Shown here: piece after piece, positions 9,602 through 18,123 of the stretch
Position numbering within the stretch: position 1 is the stretch's first letter
Layout: each line of letters begins with the position of its first letter
From: Clostridia bacterium
Lineage (GTDB): Bacteria > Bacillota > Clostridia > Oscillospirales > Acutalibacteraceae
Reading direction: 5' to 3'
DNA length: 64,000 nt
NCBI GenBank assembly: GCA_017520635.1
Contig: JAFXFI010000004.1
Span: forward strand, 14,857-78,856
Notes under the pieces: generated by a model
The model's input: the letters and a program-made list of their open reading frames with translations, nothing else
Database searches by the model: none
Told to the model about the DNA's origin: nothing
Position numbers and translations under genes: made by a program

Positions 9602-9617
9602 TGACAAATTTTTGTCA
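9602..9617. promoter_or_regulatory. Perfect 7-2-7 palindrome TGACAAA-TT-TTTGTCA in a divergent intergenic region (candidate operator)
   Basis: Read directly from the sequence. It sits between the divergent nifJ and pyruvyl-transferase-operon promoter candidates. Confidence 0.3.
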
Positions 9618-9662
9618 TTGATTATTCTGAAAAGGAAAATAAAACCTTTTCGGAAAGTCTTG

Positions 9663-9691
9663 TTGACTATTTCGTGATAAAATTGTATTAT
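9663..9691 (+). promoter_or_regulatory. Candidate sigma-A promoter of the 9710-14166 operon
   Basis: TTGACT, a 17 nt spacer, then TATTAT with a TG immediately upstream. Confidence 0.5.
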
Positions 9692-9709
9692 TAAAAGGTA
9701 AAAAGGAGA

Positions 9710-12049
9710 GTGGGCATTTTGAAAAAAAGAGTAGGAATTGCAACATTGCACAGCGCCATAAATTACGGTGTTTATCTGCAGGCGTATGCTATGCAGAAAA
9801 AGATTGAAGATTTCGGATATGATGCGGAAATAATTCACTATGTCAAAAGAACGGAAAGTGTACTTGCTTCGGATAAAAAGTCAAAAATCAGAAGACTTCT
9901 CATGCATCCGGTTCAGACAAAGAAAATTATTGACAACAAGATTATGAAATCAGGTAGCAATTTTGCAGGAAGAAGTTTTTCTTTTTCAAAATTTGCTTCA
10001 AAGAATTTTAATCTTACACGACTTTGCAATGATATGGCAGATGCCGAAGAAATCGGCAGAAAATATGATGCAGTTGTCTGCGGAAGTGACCAGATCTGGA
10101 ACCCCGTTCATACTGACTGTAACCCCTACTATTTTCTTCAGTTTGTTCCCCAAGAAAAAAGAATTGCCTATGCTCCCAGTGTTGCCTGTGAAGAAATTCC
10201 TGAAAAATATCTTGAGACTTTCAAGAACTATATTTCCTCTTTCTCCTCAATTTCCGTCAGAGAATCTTCAGGCGCAGAGCTTGTTGAAAAAATTACGGGA
10301 AGAAAATGTGAAAATACAGTTGACCCCACACTTCTCTATGATAAAAATTTCTGGAATGAATTTGCTTTGCCTGAAAGAATTGTGAAAGAACCCTACATTT
10401 TTTGCTATTTCCTCGGTGGTACTGAAATACACAAAGAAGCAATTGACAGAATTGAAAAAGAAACGGGAAAAAAAGTAGTTCTTTCTCCTTTTGATTCTGA
10501 AATAAACAACCTAAAAAAAGGTGAAAAAATTTACGCTGACATTGAGCAATTTTTAACTCTCATAAGAGATGCAGATTTTGTTCTTACAGACTCATTCCAT
10601 GGTGTTGCTTTTTCTGTAAATTTCAGAAAAAGCTTTGCTGCAGTAAAACGTCATGATATTGATGCGGGTAAACATACAAGAGTAAATGATTTTCTCTCGA
10701 AGATTTGCCTTGCAGACAGAATTGTAACAGACGAAAATATAGATGATTTTAATTTTTCTGAAATAAATTATGAAAAGAGCGAAAATATTTTACAGAACTG
10801 GATAAAATCGTCTGAAGATTATTTCAGAAATTCCCTTGAAAAAGTATTGGAAAAAACCGAAAAAGCCGAAAAGAAAAATATTTCTCTTCTGCCTGAAAAC
10901 AGTTGTTATGGTTGCTCTGCCTGTGCGAATGCTTGTCCGAAAAATGCAATAAAAATGAATAAAGATGAGCTTGGATATCTGTATGCAGAAGTTGATGAAG
11001 ATAAGTGTATAAATTGCGGACTTTGCCTTAAAAAATGTGAAGTTTTAAAAGAAAATACTTCACGTAAAAATGATTTTGAAACAGAGTGTTTTGTTGCATG
11101 GATGCGTGATGAAGAAAAAATAAAAATGAGTTCATCGGGCGGTATGTTCTTCGCTCTTGCAGAAAAATTCATTGAAGACGGAGGATATGTTGCAGGTGCA
11201 GTTTACACAGATGATTTCAGAGGTGTAAAAACAATTGTCACCAATGATATTGAAGAAGTAAAAAAAATGAGAGGCTCAAAATATTTCCAGAGTGATAAAG
11301 GAAATGTTTTCTCTGAAACGAAAAATCTTCTGGAAAAAGGTGAAAAAGTTTTCTTCAGTGCCTCTCCCTGTGAGTGCGGAGCTTTGAGCGCTTTTCTCGG
11401 AAAAGATTATGAAAATCTTGTAACAATGAGTTACATCTGTCACGGTCCGTCAGCGCCTGCAGTTCTCAGTAAATACATTGATGAAATTGAAAAAGAATAC
11501 GGAAGTTCAGTTATATCTTTCACAACAAGATACAAAAAAGACGGAAAGCATCTTCCCCTTTATCTCAGGGCAACATTTGAAAACGGAAATGAAAAGCTTG
11601 AAGAATATGCACCGTCAGAACTCGCCAGAATTTTCATGAGTGGCTGTGCTATGAGAAACTCTTGTCTCAATTGCAAATTCAAGAGTCTGCCACCTTTCTC
11701 AGATATCTACGTAGGTGATGCAGGAGGAAAATATTATCCCGTTGATAAGTTCAATGTGTCAGGTACATCATGCGTTTTTGTTTCAAGTGAAAAAGGAAAA
11801 ACTTTACTTGAAAGTATTAAGGATAGAATTTATGTAAACGATGCAGACGTTGACAAAATGATTCAGAGCAGAAACAATATTCTCTTTGCATCAAAAGCGC
11901 CCACATTTAAAAAATCAGAAGAATTCAGAACAAATTTCAAAGAGTTTGGTGTGAGTCAGACTGCAAATAAAATGTTTCCGAGACCTTCAAAGAAAAAACT
12001 TATGATAGGTAAGGTAAAAGCAATTATCAAAAAGATAATTATGAGGTGA
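9710..12049 (+). CDS. Fusion protein: polysaccharide pyruvyl-transferase-family domain (N-terminal) plus 2x[4Fe-4S] ferredoxin and coenzyme F420 hydrogenase/dehydrogenase beta-subunit-like (FrhB/FdhB-like) domain (C-terminal)
   Basis: The N-terminus GIATLHSAINYGVYLQAYAMQ...CGSDQIWNP...LTDSFHGVAFS is pyruvyl-transferase-like. The middle has CYGCSACANACP and CINCGLCLKKCE. The C-terminus SSSGGMFFALAEKFIEDGGYVAGAVY...GSKYFQS is FrhB-like. The track start is GTG at 9710, but TTG at 9719 has better spacing from AGGAGA (9704-9709). Confidence 0.7.
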   Translation: MGILKKRVGIATLHSAINYGVYLQAYAMQKKIEDFGYDAEIIHYVKRTESVLASDKKSKIRRLLMHPVQTKKIIDNKIMKSGSNFAGRSFSFSKFASKNFNLTRLCNDMADAEEIGRKYDAVVCGSDQIWNPVHTDCNPYYFLQFVPQEKRIAYAPSVACEEIPEKYLETFKNYISSFSSISVRESSGAELVEKITGRKCENTVDPTLLYDKNFWNEFALPERIVKEPYIFCYFLGGTEIHKEAIDRIEKETGKKVVLSPFDSEINNLKKGEKIYADIEQFLTLIRDADFVLTDSFHGVAFSVNFRKSFAAVKRHDIDAGKHTRVNDFLSKICLADRIVTDENIDDFNFSEINYEKSENILQNWIKSSEDYFRNSLEKVLEKTEKAEKKNISLLPENSCYGCSACANACPKNAIKMNKDELGYLYAEVDEDKCINCGLCLKKCEVLKENTSRKNDFETECFVAWMRDEEKIKMSSSGGMFFALAEKFIEDGGYVAGAVYTDDFRGVKTIVTNDIEEVKKMRGSKYFQSDKGNVFSETKNLLEKGEKVFFSASPCECGALSAFLGKDYENLVTMSYICHGPSAPAVLSKYIDEIEKEYGSSVISFTTRYKKDGKHLPLYLRATFENGNEKLEEYAPSELARIFMSGCAMRNSCLNCKFKSLPPFSDIYVGDAGGKYYPVDKFNVSGTSCVFVSSEKGKTLLESIKDRIYVNDADVDKMIQSRNNILFASKAPTFKKSEEFRTNFKEFGVSQTANKMFPRPSKKKLMIGKVKAIIKKIIMR

Positions 12050-12053
12050 GAAA

Positions 12054-13700
12054 ATGGGTGAAAAAATAAAAAAGCTCATAGGTGTTGAAGGTGATTTCAA
12101 AACTACAATTCTGCCTATGATAAATTACAGCTATGCCAACATGTACATGGGCGGTGCAGGATATATTATCGGAATGTATTTCACCGTTTTCCTGACTGAC
12201 GTTGTAAACCTTTCTCTCAATCAGGCAGGTATTGTTGTCATGATTGCAACAATCTGGGATGCAATAACTGACCCTATAATGGGAATTATTACTGACCGTA
12301 CACGTTCAAAGACGGGAAAACACAGACGATATCTCTTGTGGGGTATTCCCGTTATGGCTGTGTCATACATACTTCTGTGGAATTCATTCGGACTTAACGG
12401 AATTGAAAATCCCACCAAGACAATGATTTATTTTGTACTTGTCTATATGCTTTACAAAACGGCATATACAATAATCGGCGTTCCTCATACAGCAATGTTA
12501 CCGGAACTTGCTCCTGAATACAATCTGAGAACACAGTATAATTCAGTAGGATATCTTTTCAATTCAGCCGGTATGGTTCCTGCATTCGGAATTGTTGTTG
12601 TTATACTTTCACTTTTCGGTTCAAATGACAACATAACTTCTGAGTCTAAAAAGCCTTTCCTTGTAATAGGTATTGTACTTGCAATTTTCTTTTCAATTGC
12701 AGTTTTTCTTACCTATTCAAAAACAAGAGAAAAAAGTTCTCTTGATATCAAAAACGAAAAACTTGATATTCCTTACATCATAAGAGAATATGTACTTGTT
12801 TTTAAAAACAAATCTTTCAGACAGTATTTCTTTATGAGTCTTGCTTATCAGTTCTCAACAGGATTTTATGCAAACTCAAAGGTTTACTACATAAAATATC
12901 TTGCAAATCAATACAGCAAGTATGCTCTTTTCAATGCAGTCGCAGGTGTTGCGGAAGCGGGTGCATTCCCCCTTAACTATGCACTTACAATGAAACACGG
13001 CAAGAAAAAATGCGGAAATATTGTAACTCCTCTTATGGTTGCAGGTCTTGCAATCGGACTTATTATGCAACCGGGCGGTTCTTTCCTCTGGGTAGCGCTT
13101 ATGATGGTGAGTATGCTCCTTTATCCTTTCGGAATGTCAGGACTTGGCTTTGTTTCGACAAATATTTTTCCGGACCTGACTGACGTTGATGAGCTTATCA
13201 CAGGCAGAAGACGTGAGGGTGTTATTTCTACTTTCAGCACACTTATCAAGAAAAGCATCAGTGGTGTTATGGCTGCACTTGTTGGTTTTACACTTCAGGG
13301 CTTTGGTCTTGTGACAGGAGATACTGTTTCAAAATATGAAGAAGCAACAGGAAATCTTTTCGCACAGACTGACAGTGCTGTATGGGGTGTAAGAATCTGT
13401 GTTGCAGTAATCCCCATTGTGGCAGCAATAATTGCTCTCATACTTCTTAAAAATTTCAAAATGACAAAAGATGACCATACAATGATTCGCGCTGCAGTTG
13501 CAACGAAGAAAAAATACGGTAGTGTAACTCTGACAGAAGATGAGAAAAAACGTATTGAGCTTATTTCAGGACAGAAGCTTGAAAACACATGGCTCGGTCA
13601 GAATAATACGGAAGAACATTTCCTTGAAACAAACGAAAAAGGTGAATATATAATTCTTATTGAAATGAAGAAAGAGAAGGAGGTACTTGAGAATGGTTGA
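12054..13700 (+). CDS. GPH-family (glycoside-pentoside-hexuronide) cation symporter of the MFS superfamily, with a long hydrophilic C-terminal tail
   Basis: 548 aa. The signature DAITDPIMGIITDRTRSKTGKHRRYLLWG is present. I read about 12 hydrophobic segments, followed by a charged tail of about 80 aa. Confidence 0.75.
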   Translation: MGEKIKKLIGVEGDFKTTILPMINYSYANMYMGGAGYIIGMYFTVFLTDVVNLSLNQAGIVVMIATIWDAITDPIMGIITDRTRSKTGKHRRYLLWGIPVMAVSYILLWNSFGLNGIENPTKTMIYFVLVYMLYKTAYTIIGVPHTAMLPELAPEYNLRTQYNSVGYLFNSAGMVPAFGIVVVILSLFGSNDNITSESKKPFLVIGIVLAIFFSIAVFLTYSKTREKSSLDIKNEKLDIPYIIREYVLVFKNKSFRQYFFMSLAYQFSTGFYANSKVYYIKYLANQYSKYALFNAVAGVAEAGAFPLNYALTMKHGKKKCGNIVTPLMVAGLAIGLIMQPGGSFLWVALMMVSMLLYPFGMSGLGFVSTNIFPDLTDVDELITGRRREGVISTFSTLIKKSISGVMAALVGFTLQGFGLVTGDTVSKYEEATGNLFAQTDSAVWGVRICVAVIPIVAAIIALILLKNFKMTKDDHTMIRAAVATKKKYGSVTLTEDEKKRIELISGQKLENTWLGQNNTEEHFLETNEKGEYIILIEMKKEKEVLENG

Positions 13701-14166
13701 TATAAAAAAAGATAAACCTGAGCTTAAAACAAATAAGTTTTTTGATTTTCTTTTTTATCTTATTCAATGGACATGGGGACTTCCCGTGAATATTGTGGGC
13801 GGTATTGCCTTTTTAATCTGTACAAAAATAAAGAAACGCTGTTTCCAGCGTTTCGGTTATTCTTATATAGTTTATCTTCCGTGGAAATCAGGCGGACTCT
13901 CATTGGGACTTTTCATATTCATGAAAGATGTTCCCGAAAATAAAAAGTGGACTTATAACACACGTATTCACGAATACGGTCACACATGGCAATGTCTTCT
14001 TCTGGGACCTCTTTATTATATTGTAATTGCAATTCCTTCAATGATATGGTGTAACTTGTTTGCAAACTACAGAAAGAAAAATAACATTTCTTATTATAAG
14101 GTTTACTGCGAAAGCTGGGCAAATGCCTGGGGACAAAAAGGCAGTAAATTGAAAATGGATATTTAA
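13693..14166 (+). CDS. Small membrane protein with an HExxH (HEYGH) motif; putative zincin-like protein of unknown function
   Basis: ATG at 13693 lies 8 nt after GAAGGAGGT and overlaps the transporter stop by 8 nt. Hydrophobic segments flank RIHEYGHTWQ. Confidence 0.4.
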   Translation: MVDIKKDKPELKTNKFFDFLFYLIQWTWGLPVNIVGGIAFLICTKIKKRCFQRFGYSYIVYLPWKSGGLSLGLFIFMKDVPENKKWTYNTRIHEYGHTWQCLLLGPLYYIVIAIPSMIWCNLFANYRKKNNISYYKVYCESWANAWGQKGSKLKMDI

Positions 14167-14171
14167 ATGTA

Positions 14172-14205
14172 AAAAGAGCACGGTCAGATGACTGTGCTCT
14201 TTTGA
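14172..14205 (+). terminator. Intrinsic terminator ending the 9710-14166 operon
   Basis: The stem agagcacggtc/gactgtgctct (one G-T pair) is followed by tttt. Confidence 0.6.
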
Positions 14206-14237
14206 TGAATTAATTCAAAAAACAGAAACAGAGCATT

Positions 14238-14397
14238 CAGGGAACCCCTGGCGAGGGTTCCCTACGAAAAACAGTCACACCGGACTGTTTTTCTACCCTC
14301 CTGCGCTTTTGTACGCATTAAGAGTTTCGCATTCTGCGGAATGCGACAAGGGCTTTGCCCCTTGACCCCACAAACTTTTGAAAAAGTTTGACCAAAA
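14238..14397 (-). repeat. Five-hairpin structured repeat element, copy 2 (inverted relative to copy 1)
   Basis: Its reverse complement aligns with 3560-3717. By my count the 45 nt block from gtggggtcaagg to gcga has 2 mismatches and the 69 nt block from gcgcaggagg to ggttccctg has 2 mismatches. Differences within stems are compensatory. Confidence 0.8.
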
Positions 14398-14440
14398 CTT
14401 TCAAAGTTAAATATAAAACAGAACAAGTAGAAAAAGTCAT

Positions 14441-14473
14441 ACAAAACGGGAGTCGCTCCGACTCCCGTTTTGT
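14441..14473 (-). terminator. Intrinsic terminator downstream of glyQS
   Basis: The stem acaaaacgggagtc/gactcccgttttgt is followed on the minus strand by a T-run. Confidence 0.75.
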
Positions 14474-14485
14474 ATCATTTAAAAA

Positions 14486-15865
14486 TTAAAACTTAATTTT
14501 ATCTTCAATGTATGCTGCAACTTCGTCAATGGGAAGTCTTACCTGTTCCATTGAATCTCTTTCTCTGACTGTTACACAATTGTCTTCGAGAGAATCGAAG
14601 TCAAATGTTACACAGTAGGGAGTACCGATTTCATCTTCACGGCGGTATCTCTTACCGATTGAACCTGTTTCGTCAAAGTCTGTCATAAAGTGCTTGTTGA
14701 GTTTTTCATAAACCTTGAGAGCATCTTCTGAAAGCTTCTTTGAAAGAGGAAGAACTGCTGCCTTGTAAGGAGCAACTGCAGGACTGAGGTGAAGAACAAC
14801 ACGTGTGTCGTTCTTTTCTGCATCAATAACTTCTTCGTCATAAGCTTCGCAGAGAAGTGCAAGAACAGTTCTGTCAAGACCGTATGTAGATTCAATAATA
14901 TAGGGAATATATCTTTCGTTTGTTTCGGGATCAAGGTAGTCAATTCTCTGACCGCTGTATTCCTGATGTCTTGTAAGGTCGAAGTCTGTTCTGTTGTGAG
15001 TACCATTGATTTCGCCCCAACCAAAAGGGAAAAGGAATTCGATGTCACATGCAGCCTTTGCATAGTGAGCAAGCTTTTCGTGATCGTGGTAACGGAGATT
15101 TTCTTCCTTGATACCAAGGTCTTTGTAGTACTGCATGCCGTATTCCTTGAAGTAATCATAAAGGTCGTTGTCAGTTCCTTCTTTACAGAATGTCTGGAAT
15201 TCCATCTGTTCAAATTCAATTGTTCTGAAAGTGAAGTTACCGGGAGTGATTTCGTTACGGAAAGCTTTACCGATCTGACCGATGCTGAAGGGAAGCTTTG
15301 CTCTCATTGTACGCTGTACGTTGAGGAAGTTTACATATTCACCCTGAGCGTTTTCGGGACGAAGGTAGATAACGCTCTTTGAATCGTTTGTAACACCGCG
15401 GAAAGTCTGGAACATAAGGTTGAATTCACGGATGTCTGTGAAATTGTGCTTACCGCAGTTGGGACAGGGGATTGAGTGAGCCTTGATGTACTCAAACATT
15501 TCTTCTTTTGTCATGCCGTCTGCATGAGCGTTTTCATCAAAGTCGTCAATAAGGTTATCTGCTCTGTGACGCATTTTACATTCTTTACAGTCAAGAAGAG
15601 GGTCCGAGAAGCTTGCAACGTGACCGCTTGCTTCCCATACTCTGGGATGCATGAGGATGTCAGCGTCAACTTCGTAGCTGTTCTTTCTTTCCTGAATAAA
15701 TCTTTTTCTCCATGTGTCCTTTACGTTGTTCTTGAGTCTTGCACCGAGAGGACCGTAGTCCCATGTGTTTGCAAGACCACCGTAGATTTCACTGCCGGGG
15801 AAGATGAAGCCTCTGCCTTTGCAGAGAGCAACTACTTTTTCCATAGTTTTTTCTGTGTTCTTCAT
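14486..15865 (-). CDS. glyQS: Glycine--tRNA ligase, homodimeric class II type
   Basis: [34 protein letters not shown] is the typical GlyRS N-terminus. I placed the start at the ATG at 15865 (AAGGAG 10 nt upstream) rather than the track start at 15904. Confidence 0.92.
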   Translation of the reverse strand: MKNTEKTMEKVVALCKGRGFIFPGSEIYGGLANTWDYGPLGARLKNNVKDTWRKRFIQERKNSYEVDADILMHPRVWEASGHVASFSDPLLDCKECKMRHRADNLIDDFDENAHADGMTKEEMFEYIKAHSIPCPNCGKHNFTDIREFNLMFQTFRGVTNDSKSVIYLRPENAQGEYVNFLNVQRTMRAKLPFSIGQIGKAFRNEITPGNFTFRTIEFEQMEFQTFCKEGTDNDLYDYFKEYGMQYYKDLGIKEENLRYHDHEKLAHYAKAACDIEFLFPFGWGEINGTHNRTDFDLTRHQEYSGQRIDYLDPETNERYIPYIIESTYGLDRTVLALLCEAYDEEVIDAEKNDTRVVLHLSPAVAPYKAAVLPLSKKLSEDALKVYEKLNKHFMTDFDETGSIGKRYRREDEIGTPYCVTFDFDSLEDNCVTVRERDSMEQVRLPIDEVAAYIEDKIKF

Positions 15866-15887
15866 AATCTGTATACTCCTTAAAATA

Positions 15888-16601
15888 TTAAACAGTTTTA
15901 ACAATATCGCCTGTTATTGAGTTTTCGGTCAGCATGTTGATAACTTTCTGATAAACGGCAATATGTGTGGAAGAAATATATTTGTCAATGTGCATGCTTC
16001 CGAAAAACCAGCAACGGAATTCGCATGACTGACTCAGCTCTTCAAGATAGGTGTTAAGACCTGTGATACGTGCAGATTCTGTATCCTGCAGAAGAAGAAG
16101 TCCCTTGATTTTTGCGGGAGGTTCATGGGAAAGAATGAAGTCAACGCTGAAATCTCTTTCCTGAAGTCTCTTTGCGCCGTCAATAAGCTCCTGCCTTATA
16201 GGGGTTTCGTCGCTTGACCATGTGTCTTTTTCGTATCTTAAATCAATATCGGGGCTTTCACCGCCACCCATTACGAAAATGCTTTTTCCTTCAAAATCGT
16301 AAATCTGCCCTCGCTGAAGATAATAGATGTTGTTGCTTATTTTTCTTGCGAGACCGCCTTTGTATGTGCCTAATTTATATTCTTTGAGAAGGTCAAAGTT
16401 TTCGTGCGTTCCGTCAATGAAACAGATGGTATATTTTTTTGAAGACAACTTTTTCAGATTTCTTTTTTCCTTCAGACTGTTATCCCAGATAAATCCGAAG
16501 TCTCCGCATACAAAAAGAGTGTCGCCCTTTTTCAGCTTTTTCAACTCTTTTGCGGAAAATCTGTTTATGTTGCCGTGGGTATCTCCCGTTACATACAGCA
16601 A
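15888..16601 (-). CDS. Calcineurin-like metallophosphoesterase
   Basis: Motifs present are [17 protein letters not shown] and DGTHENF. The probable start is TTG at 16601, 7 nt after AGGAGG; the track start is GTG at 16619. Confidence 0.75.
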   Translation of the reverse strand: MLYVTGDTHGNINRFSAKELKKLKKGDTLFVCGDFGFIWDNSLKEKRNLKKLSSKKYTICFIDGTHENFDLLKEYKLGTYKGGLARKISNNIYYLQRGQIYDFEGKSIFVMGGGESPDIDLRYEKDTWSSDETPIRQELIDGAKRLQERDFSVDFILSHEPPAKIKGLLLLQDTESARITGLNTYLEELSQSCEFRCWFFGSMHIDKYISSTHIAVYQKVINMLTENSITGDIVKTV

Positions 16602-16643
16602 ACAAAAACCTCCTGTCACGATGTAAAATAATTGAAAATTAAC

Positions 16644-16672
16644 TTGATATACGAAAAGAATTAATATATAAT
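16644..16672 (+). promoter_or_regulatory. Candidate sigma-A promoter of the carboxypeptidase gene
   Basis: TTGATA, a 17 nt spacer, then TATAAT. Confidence 0.45.
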
Positions 16673-16717
16673 AATTGTTATAATAATGTATTATACAACA
16701 ATATAGGTGAATTGTCT

Positions 16718-18034
16718 ATGAAAAAAACAGTAATTTTTTTATTAACTTCAATAATTTTTCTGTCTATATTAACTCCGATGACATGTTTTGCGGAGTATAA
16801 TGACTCTCTCGACATACGTGCTGACATAGCCTGTATGATTTGTATGGATAACGATGAGGCGATTTTCAATAAAAACTATAACAAGAAAACTGCCCCTGCA
16901 AGTCTTACAAAAATCATGACAGCCCTTGTTGCCCTGGAAAAGTGTGAGGACCTGACAGTTCCTGTTACAATTTCACAGTATGCAATTGACTCTCTTGTGG
17001 GAACAGACTCATCAACTGCAGGACTTGTGCCCGGAGAAAGGGTTACGATGTATGACCTTCTCAACTGTCTTATGGTAAAAAGTGCCAACGAAGCTGCAAT
17101 TGCAATTGCAGAGTACGTTGGCGGTTCAGTACCTGCATTCCTTGATATGATGAATCAGAAGGCAAAGGAACTTGGATGCACAAGCACAAAATATGCCAAC
17201 GTTCACGGTCTTGATCAGGAGGGACACTATACAACGGCACATGACCTTTACTTAATCTGTAAAGAGGCAATGTCAAATCCTGTATTTGAAAAAATTGTGG
17301 GCCAGACAAGCTACACAATGCCCGAAACAAACATGAATGAGGAAAGAATACTTCCTGCTACAAACTTCATGATAAATTCAAACTATTCTGACTGTTATCT
17401 GCCTTATGTTACAGGCATCAAAACAGGTACAACTGATGATGCAGGCAGATGTATTATAACAAAGGCAAGTAAAAACGGTTATAATTACATTGCAATTATC
17501 ATGGGTGCAGATATTAAAGACGCGGTGATCGGTGAAGTTGCGGAAAACATTGCCTTCATCGAGTGTAAAAAAATGATTGACTGGACTTTTTCTAACATAA
17601 GATACAAGGTTGTTGCAGAAGAAAACGAAATCATTACCGTAGTTGACGTAAAATATTCATGGGCAGCTGATACCCTTGAACTTATTCCGTCAAAGGATGT
17701 TGCGGCTCTTGTCCCTTCAAGCCTTGATGCATCAAGCGTGTACATTCAACCTAATACAGATACACCTGAGGTTATAAAAGCACCTGTCAAAAAAGGTGAA
17801 AAGGTAGGCACGGCAACAGTTTTTTATGCCGGGAAAGAGATTGCAACAGTTGACCTTGTTGCATCAAAAACAGTAAGCCGAAGTCTGATTCTTACCATTG
17901 GCGGTGCAATTGAATCGGCATGGAACAGTGTGGTGGGAAAAATTATTTTTATTCTTCTTATTCTTCTCGGTGCAGGCTACGGCGGTTTTGTAATCTACAC
18001 AAACCAAAAAAACGGTAAACGCAGAAGAAAATGA
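16718..18034 (+). CDS. D-alanyl-D-alanine carboxypeptidase (PBP5-type serine peptidase) with a C-terminal membrane anchor
   Basis: SxxK (ASLTKIMT), SxN (KSANEAA) and KTG (IKTGTT) motifs are present. It has a signal peptide and a C-terminal hydrophobic segment. ATG at 16718 is preferred over TTG at 16712. Confidence 0.85.
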   Translation: MKKTVIFLLTSIIFLSILTPMTCFAEYNDSLDIRADIACMICMDNDEAIFNKNYNKKTAPASLTKIMTALVALEKCEDLTVPVTISQYAIDSLVGTDSSTAGLVPGERVTMYDLLNCLMVKSANEAAIAIAEYVGGSVPAFLDMMNQKAKELGCTSTKYANVHGLDQEGHYTTAHDLYLICKEAMSNPVFEKIVGQTSYTMPETNMNEERILPATNFMINSNYSDCYLPYVTGIKTGTTDDAGRCIITKASKNGYNYIAIIMGADIKDAVIGEVAENIAFIECKKMIDWTFSNIRYKVVAEENEIITVVDVKYSWAADTLELIPSKDVAALVPSSLDASSVYIQPNTDTPEVIKAPVKKGEKVGTATVFYAGKEIATVDLVASKTVSRSLILTIGGAIESAWNSVVGKIIFILLILLGAGYGGFVIYTNQKNGKRRRK

Positions 18035-18123
18035 AAAAATTAACTATTGAAAAATAAAATCATATATGATATTATTTTATATGGATTAATGTCTATATTC
18101 CAAAAGTAAAGGAGATATTCGAA

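Noticed and set aside
14262-14444. 60 aa minus-strand ORF.
   Set aside because: It lies entirely within copy 2 of the structured repeat and the adjacent spacer. It is a translation artefact of the repeat.
14683-15382. Long alternative-frame and antisense ORFs inside glyQS (178 aa on the minus strand, 197 aa on the plus strand).
   Set aside because: They are fully embedded in a confidently identified, motif-rich gene. Their composition is low-complexity and hydrophobic or Ser/Thr/Leu-rich, as is typical of off-frame translation in AT-rich DNA.
15866-15904. Possible T-box leader upstream of glyQS, and likewise upstream of leuS at 57845-57874.
   Set aside because: Only about 20-30 nt separate each synthetase gene from the preceding gene. 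That is too short for a T-box of about 200 nt, and no specifier or T-box motif is visible.
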